This document shows positions 55,431 to 64,000 of a stretch of DNA of 64,000 bases, piece after piece. The position numbers were made by a program, and so were the translations under genes. Each line of letters starts with the position of its first letter. Position 1 is the first letter of the stretch. The notes beneath the pieces are model-generated. The model was not told the DNA's origin. It was given only the letters and a program-made list of their open reading frames with translations, and did no database searches. Source of the DNA: Octopus sinensis (lineage: Eukaryota); the NCBI RefSeq assembly GCF_006345805.1, contig NC_042999.1, forward strand, positions 78,554,001 to 78,618,000. The letters are read 5' to 3'.

Positions 55431-56028
55431 ATATATATACACTGCATCCCCAACCAAGAATTTTTGATGTAACACATGTCCTTGTGGAAGCTGTTGTGCG
55501 CGGCTGAAGAAGGCCACAGACATACATTATGCATTGTTATAAATCTGTCTAATAAAGGCCCGAAACATATGTACCGCTGAATCCTTGGCATCATGTTTTT
55601 ATTTTGATCAATTTACTCCACCACCTACACCACCAAACGGTATACACAGGTGCTTATAATTATCAAGTACTACCCCGAATTTCTATATATATATATATAT
55701 ATAATATAATATATATGTATATATGTATATATATAAATATATATATGTATATATATATATAAATATATATATGTATATATATATGCACATACATATGTAT
55801 ATATTCATACATGCATATACACACACATATATATATAAATATATATGTATATATGCACATACATATGTATATATTCATACATGCATATGCACACACATAT
55901 ATGTATATATATTATACACACACATGTATGACTGAGTGAAATCAATTACGAGTATAGTGAACTTAACCGTGGGGAGTGGAAAATTCACCGTTTCATACAT
56001 ATATACAATCTTTCATACACCCCCCCCC

Positions 56029-56073
<45 letters not shown>

Positions 56074-56364
56074 CTTTCTACGGCAAGAAAATACAAACGC
56101 CACTCGTATCAAATAAACATCAATTATTATGTGGCTTTATTACGTGGCTCAACCATTTCTGTGTGTTCCTTCTGATTACTTCGAGAATATTGTATGTAAT
56201 ATGAAGAGCAAATAATATTTGGCGTCGGTCCTCCTGGATATTGTTTTCCTCCAAAAGCTAGACTTATCGCTGTTAAGAAATGTGATCAGAATAGAAAATT
56301 ACTCATCACGAGTTTACAAAGTGTTTCTCCCGTGACTACGCTTCTCAACACTCTAAGTATATTT

Positions 56365-56556
56365 TGCCTTTGATTCGTTTCAGTCATTGGACTGCGGCCA
56401 AGGTGGACCACTGCCCGGAAGGGATCGGTCGAACAAATCGACCCAGTGCTTATTTTTTTAAAGCCTAGTACTTATTCTATTGGTTTCTTACGCCGAACGG
56501 CTAAGTTACTTGGACTTAAACCAACACTGGTTGTCAAGTTGTGGTGGGGTAAGAAA
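56365..56556 (-). mobile_element. SINE family A, 3' half
   Basis: gtttcagtcattggactgcggcc...agtacttattctatt...ccgaacggctaagttac. Confidence 0.75.
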
Positions 56557-56855
56557 ACACAAGGCACACACACACACCACACACACACACACACACCACA
56601 CACACACACACACACACAGAGATATATTGAACAAAAACAAAATATACTTTCAGAACTTTATCATGAATAAAAGAAATAATTTATACTTTTATCAGAATAT
56701 CTACTGGTTTCAATCGTACTAAACACACACTTTTTTCTCGTGACTCCATTTACCTGTCACAGCAATCTCTATAGTTTCTCTGACTTTGCTAGCGGCCGTA
56801 CCAAGTACTATATATAGGCTCATGTATATTAAGACATTGTATGCATATGCATATC

Positions 56856-57635
<780 letters not shown>

Positions 57636-57646
57636 AATGAGTGTAC

Positions 57647-57681
<35 letters not shown>

Positions 57682-57733
57682 TGTTGTATGTATGTATGTA
57701 TGTATGTATGTACGTACGTATGTATGTACATAC

Positions 57734-57768
<35 letters not shown>

Positions 57769-58196
57769 ATAATATATATATATATATATATATATGCCAG
57801 CTATGTTGTTGTTGTTTTTGTCTCATTTGGTCTAAAGTCGTATGACAACCACCGTTATATATATTTTGTTTATTCATTACTGTTTTCAATTTCGTTTTCG
57901 TCTCTTGTATTTACATCCGTCTTGTGCGTTCACATTCCTGTCTTCTACCAAGAAATCTAATGCTTACAGCTTAGTTTTTTTTCTTGGGGCTGGCCGAGTT
58001 GGAGCAAATATCAGAATTGAACAGCCGAAATTTGCTATGATGATTCGGTGTCTGACTGAAGATTGAAGGCTTCGAATGATTTGTCTGTGTTCCGTGTTCG
58101 TCCCTTCCTGTATTTCACGTTCATTATATATAAAAACATTCATTCTTATATATATATATATATAATATATATATATATAATATATATATATATATA

Positions 58197-58580
58197 TCTA
58201 TCTCTATATAAACGGCAGTTTGTCTGTGTGTGTTTCTGTGTGTCTGTTAGCTTGTACCCTCACCCTGACCACGGCTTTCAACCGATTCTGATGAAACTGA
58301 CACACACATAGCCCAATGTCATAATTCAAAACTAACGCAGCGAAAATTTTGAAAAGTTCCCCCAGTTCTGAAAAAAATCGAGAAATTCGACATGGGGTCG
58401 AGAATCAGAAACACTAACCACAGACTGTCTAGGGGACGCAACTCGACCTTTTTACTCTCAAAAAAAAAATTTACCATCATTTTATTTCCATTTTTTTGCT
58501 ATTTTTTGGCTATAACTCTCTAAAAATGCTTTATAGTTATTTCCCTTACAAATCCGAGCAACGCCGGGCGACACTGCTAG
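58197..58580 (+). mobile_element. Non-autonomous Helitron-type element
   Basis: a|tctatctctatataaac ... ccgagcaacgccgggcgacactgCTAG|t; same 3' terminus as 24517-24906. Confidence 0.8.
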
Positions 58581-58626
58581 TATATATATATATATATTGG
58601 AAGGTTTGGAGATGATGTACAGGTAT

Positions 58627-58874
58627 TATATATTAGAAGAAATGAGGTACTCAGAAGATCGGATGGTTTATATTTACAGATATTTATTTGTATATTACAT
58701 TTTTTATATATATCATATCACTTAGATCATTAGCGCTTTCTCCCATTCTAGTGGGGTTGGAGAAAGCGCTAATGATCTAAGTGATATGATATATATAAGA
58801 AATGTACTATACAATACATATCTGTAAATATAAACCATCCGATCTTCTGAGTACCTCATTCCTTCTAATATATA
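58627..58874. repeat. Long inverted repeat (about 115-bp arms, 15-nt spacer 58744-58758)
   Basis: Arms aligned by eye: inner ~45 bp perfect, a few mismatches and one indel further out. Confidence 0.9.
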
Positions 58875-59782
58875 TATATATATAATATATATATATATAT
58901 ATTCTCTCCTTGTTTCTCTCCTTGATTTTTCCGTGTCCCTTGCTGTAGAAGAGCGTAGGCTCGAAACGTAAAATACTTTTTCTATTCCTGAGCGTTATAC
59001 TAATACATCTGTTTGTTTTGTACACCACCTGTCTTCGTCTTTTGTTTTTTTCACCCAAATAAGAAGACCATGAGTGAGTTTTGCAAATCTGTATTACTAG
59101 ATACAATTGTTTCTGTATCACACCGTTTTGAACACCGTTGCAGGTTATTGATTTCTTGTGAAAAGTTACGTAAGGTTTGCTGTTGACTCGATTAGAGCAG
59201 AACTTCAATAGATTGCATGAAAAAAAATGCGCCCTTACGTTGAGCACAATTACATGAAATGATTTATGCGCAATGCCTTTAAAAGCGGAGTGTTACCGAA
59301 ATATTTTTTGACAAATAATTAAAATGTGCTATACTCATTCGTCATCTCTTTGTTTGGATTATATATTAGCCTTCGTAAGACCCACATATTTGGTTTGCTG
59401 GTGATGTACCTGGATTTTCTACGCTAGTAATCTTTATATATTTATATTTATATAGTCACGCACTTACATCCATGCGCACGCATAAAGAATAGAGGAATTA
59501 TGCAGGGCAGAAACTGAATGATTTATTAATCTCTTATATATTATCAGGATCGTCATGATGATCACCATCGTCACCGCCACCAAATTCATCTTCCCTTTCT
59601 ATCCCCATCGTCGTCATCAGCAAAGTCGTCACAAGCATGACCGCCGTCGTCGTTGTCATCATCATCTTCATCATTATCACCAGCAGCACACTATCTCCGC
59701 CACCAACACCACAATCATCATCGTCACCATCATCGTCATGATTTTCGTCATTACCACCTCCATATAATCGCCATCATCATGC

Positions 59783-59817
<35 letters not shown>

Positions 59818-59889
59818 ACATCATCAACATCATCACCATGACAACCACTACTATCACCTCCGCCATCACCAGCATCTCTACCGCCGACA

Positions 59890-60290
59890 CTGCCTCCACC
59901 GTCGTCGCTGCCGTCATCGCTGCCGCCGCTGCCGCCGCTGCCGCCGCTGCCGCCGCTGCCGCCGCTGCCGCCGCCGCCGCGCGCTGCCGCCGCTGCGCCG
60001 CTGCCGCCGCTGCCGCCGCGCCGCCACAGCCGCCGCTGCCGCCGCTGCCGCGTGCCCCGCTGCCCGCCGCTGCCGCCGCTGCGCCGCTGCCGCCGCTGTC
60101 GCCGCTGCCGCCGCTGTCGCCGCTGCCGCCGCTGTCGCCGCTGCCGCCGCTGCCGCCGCTGCCGCCGCTGCCGCCGCTGCCGCCGCTGCCGACGCTTCCG
60201 CCGCTGCCGCCGCGCCGCCGCTCCCGCCGCTGCCGCCGCTGCCGCCGCTGCCACCGCTGCCGCCGCTGCCGCCGCCGCTCCATCGTCACC
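59890..60290. repeat. GC-rich (GCCGCCGCT)n minisatellite within CAT/CAC repeats
   Basis: Directly visible 9-bp periodicity. Confidence 0.9.
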
Positions 60291-60473
60291 GCCACCACCA
60301 CCACCACCACCACACCACCACCACCACACCACCATCATCATCATCATCATCATCATCCCACCACCACCATTACTACCATTGCTATCACCCCCGCCATCAT
60401 CAACATCTCTATGGCCACTGCTGCCGCCACCGACAAAGTCACTGCCACCACCACTATCACCACCACAACCACT

Positions 60474-60505
<32 letters not shown>

Positions 60506-60903
60506 TAGCAAAATAATTACGGTTAATGAAAATTACATGAAATAGGATGAATAAAACAACAAAGCGATGGATGTAAAGAAATCAGGAATGAAGTCATTAA
60601 TATTTCGCATGGAACATGGAACATGATATGAAATGAAGATTGAATCATTAGCGTTAGGCTAAGGCCTATATCAAAGGTAAACCGAAATGATTTTCTCGTG
60701 TAGCACCTGAGTATTGTAATGTGGACTGTATCATACATAGTAGCATAAATATGTTAGATCATGTCACACATCATTCTCATCTCGTATGTTTATATAATAT
60801 ATTACATATGCCTCGGTAATTTGACTACTTGCACTGAAATCTGTAATGCTTATTATTATGTATCACATACGACAATATAATGATAGTACTACAGACAGCA
60901 TCA

Positions 60904-61560
60904 TGGTGGTGAGCTGGCAGAATCTCTAGCAAGCCGGGCAAAATGCTTAGCAGTATCTCGTCTGCAGCTGCGTTCTGAGTTCAAATTCCGCCGAGGTCGA
61001 CTTTGCCTTTCATCCGTTCAGGTCGATTATATAAGTATCAGTTACGCACTGGGGTCGATATAATCGACTTAATCCGTTTGTCTGTCCTTGTTGTCCTCTC
61101 TATGTTTAGCCCCTTGTGGGTAGTAAAGAAATAGGTATTTCGTCTGGCTTTACGTTGTGAGTTCAAATTCCGCTGAGCTCGACTTTGCCTTTATCTTTTC
61201 GGTGTTGATAAGGCGATGTGCTGGCAGAATCATTCGCACGCCGAGAAAAATGCCAAGCAGCATTTCGTTCCACCGTACGTTCTGAGTTCAAATTCCGCCG
61301 AGATCCACTTTGCCTTTCATCCTCCTGGAGTCAATAAAATAAGTACGAGTTGATCACTGGGGTCGATGTAATCGACTTATCTTTCCCCGAAACTGCTGGC
61401 CTTGTACCAAAATCTGAAATTAATATTACAGACAACATAAGGCGGCGAGCTGGCAGAATCGTTAGCACGGGCAAAACGTTTAGCAGTGATTCGTCCGTCT
61501 TCACGTTCTGACTTCAGATTCCGTCGACTTTCATCCTTCCGAGGTCGATGAAAGATGATC
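60904..61560 (+). mobile_element. Cluster of four tandem SINE family B units
   Basis: Heads at about 60904, 61212 and 61439, plus a head-truncated unit at 61134; repeated ctgagttcaaattccgc. Confidence 0.85.
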
Positions 61561-62517
61561 ATTTTTTTTTCTTTTAACACAGTAGAAAAGAAGGAATGAG
61601 TGAGGGAGACAGAAAGAGAAAAACCTCTTATATGGTTCTTAAAAATACCCCTATTATTTCTCTTTTTTTTCTTTTACAGCTGTTCCGGTTTTATTGTAGG
61701 ATTGCAATTGCAACGGTTACTAATGGGGGCAAATGAAACATCTGTTAGTCCATGTAAGGAGGTATATAAATTAAAGAATTAAAGGTAATGCTATGCAACT
61801 TTGTAATAATCCTTATTAGTATTGTTAATATATGTATGTATGTATGTATATACTTGTGTGTATATATGTATGTGTGTATGTATGTGTGTGTGCGCATGTG
61901 TGTATGTATATATGTATGTAAGCATACATGTATGGTATGTACGTGATGTATGTAATATATATATATATACATTATAACTGCTAATGTTATATATTATGAC
62001 TTCTGTGTAATATTTATCAATTACATGTGGGAAGAGAGTATTATGTAAGTGGATATGTATCCTACTTACATTGTGAATGAGAAAACTGCGTTGGAAGAAC
62101 AGAAGAATTCATCAGTGTTCTATTGTTACATAAAGATTGACTATTGATTACATGCGCTTCATTCCAATAAAAATCAGAACAAAAACAAAACATTGAAATG
62201 TCCTTTATATTTAAATAAAACCCAACAAAAATGGAAAGATAAAAATAAAATAACAAAAACACAACACTGTAAATGCGAAAAGAAAGCAAATAAAAAGAAA
62301 GCAAAAAATAGTTCTAATTTTATCTTTTGAGTCTTGTTTAGATGCAAAAAAAAACTTGACTAATTATAATTAGATATGCCTTGCCTTGATTGAAGCTCTA
62401 AAGTTCTGACAGTCGTTGAAGCGCAGTCGTGATATACGGTGTTTCTTGGGCAGTAGAGCCCATCCTTTTCCAGGAATGGTTATACCCGATTTGTTCCGGA
62501 GGGAGAAAGTGCGTGAA

Positions 62518-62643
<126 letters not shown>

Positions 62644-63564
62644 AAGAAAGAAGCAAAAAGATTGAAAAAAATAATAATTAGACTGTAAATCTGGGTTGCC
62701 ATCTGTGACAAGTTTGTCTTTGATTCATGGGTCCAATTCAAAAGCAGAAAAAACTTATTACAACAACAGCAACAACAACATATAGAGATAGCGTTGTTGA
62801 TTATATATGTATGTTTTTTCTACCTCTCTGCATCTCAAATCCGTTAAACTTCAACATATCTTTTGTCCTCTTCTGAATTTCCATTTGATTTTCATACTTC
62901 TAATTGAGTCGCTCAACACAATTTCCTCCTATCAAGGTGTCCTTTTTGTCTTGAAGTACAGATAATTCTGTTAAGTATTTATCATAGAAGAACTTTTATA
63001 ATGGAAATCTTATTGGATTTTGTCGGTTACATCGTTCTTGAAAGAATAATTTAGTATAGTGTCCAGGTGGGTGATTAGTTTCTCATTGGTTTAATCTTAC
63101 AAAAAGCTGAGCTATGAAGCCAGACCTGTTAATTTCTATTGCTTCGTAAAAACATCTCAAACAGAGACTTAACGTAGAGTAAATTGATTCTCAATAGAAT
63201 TCCAATGAATAATCTATGGTGGTTGGGTATTCCACGTACACTAGCAACAATTACAGCAGGCCTCGGGTACAATTATCTTGATAATGTGTCTGATAAAGAT
63301 TTCTAATTGACCACTTAGAATAACAAGCTCAATCTATCTCATAAATTTCTGCACAGTTTTCGTCAACCCCAATTTCTCTCTCAAGACTTGGGTCGATCCA
63401 AAGCTATGGTAGACGGCATTTACCGAAGGTATTTTGCAGTGGGATCGAATTTCGGGGATTCATGATTGCAAAGCGAACGTGTTAACCATTTAGCTATGTC
63501 TTCGTCCTGCATACAAATCATTCCCACCGTCCACACAGGGGTTAGAGTAATTTTTTTATCTTTT

Positions 63565-63856
63565 GCTTTGTTCTTGTTTCTCTCATGAGACTGTGGTCAT
63601 GCTGGGGCACCGCCTTCAAGGGTTTTAGTCAAACGAATCAACCCCAGTCTTCAGGCGGTGTGTATGGAGAGAGGGAACCAAGACTGGAACAGACACACAC
63701 ACACGCACACACGCACAAATATATACGACGGGCTTCTACACAATTTCTGGCAACTGAATACAAGACGTTGGTCGGCCCGAGGCCATAGTAAAACGCATTT
63801 GCCAAGACACTACTCGAAACCAAATGGTTTTAAGGTGAGCTTCTTATCCACACATC
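63565..63856 (-). mobile_element. SINE family A, diverged
   Basis: ggtcatgctggggcaccgcc, gacgggcttc, gtcggcccgaggccatagta, catttgccaag; colinear reverse copy. Confidence 0.7.
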
Positions 63857-64000
63857 TATGCCCGGGATGAACAAGAAGATTAAAGAAAAGAAATTTACAA
63901 ATCACAGCTCATGATGGTGGTATCTCCATCGCTTGACGATGCAGATTCAATCGTCCGACCAACTGGATTACCTGCTCTTGAGTTAATGTTTAAGTGGCTG

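Noticed and set aside
59751-60545. 235-, 201-, 178- and 154-aa Ala/Pro/Arg/Gly-rich ORFs
   Set aside because: Products of a stop-free GC-rich minisatellite, open in nearly every frame.

Overview
AT-rich eukaryotic DNA, saturated with microsatellites and transposable elements, with one 100-N scaffold gap (15123-15222). The repeat landscape looks like an octopus/cephalopod genome; this is inference from recalled SINE families, not a search. I find no supportable intact host gene, tRNA/rRNA gene or CRISPR array, and almost all listed ORFs are translations of simple repeats. Real coding remnants: (i) nine + strand fragments of RLE-type (R4/Dong-like) LINEs, mostly in or beside (TAA)n tracts; (ii) a Buster/Charlie-type hAT transposon (32543-36048, TSD TCTTAAAC) inserted in one of those LINEs; (iii) an RTE LINE, a Penelope-like remnant, and L1/Tx1-like and RTE-X-like RT scraps. 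Non-coding elements include two Helitron-type elements and many tRNA-derived SINEs. The most unusual structures are the hAT's third internal TIR and 274-bp direct repeats flanking the transposase, head-to-tail (TAA)n insertion arrays that include a ~550-bp ORF-less TAA-tailed element, a 52-bp fold-back at the RTE 5' junction, a ~115-bp-arm hairpin next to a degenerate hammerhead-like motif, and a mixed inverted/direct repeat at 56964-57635.
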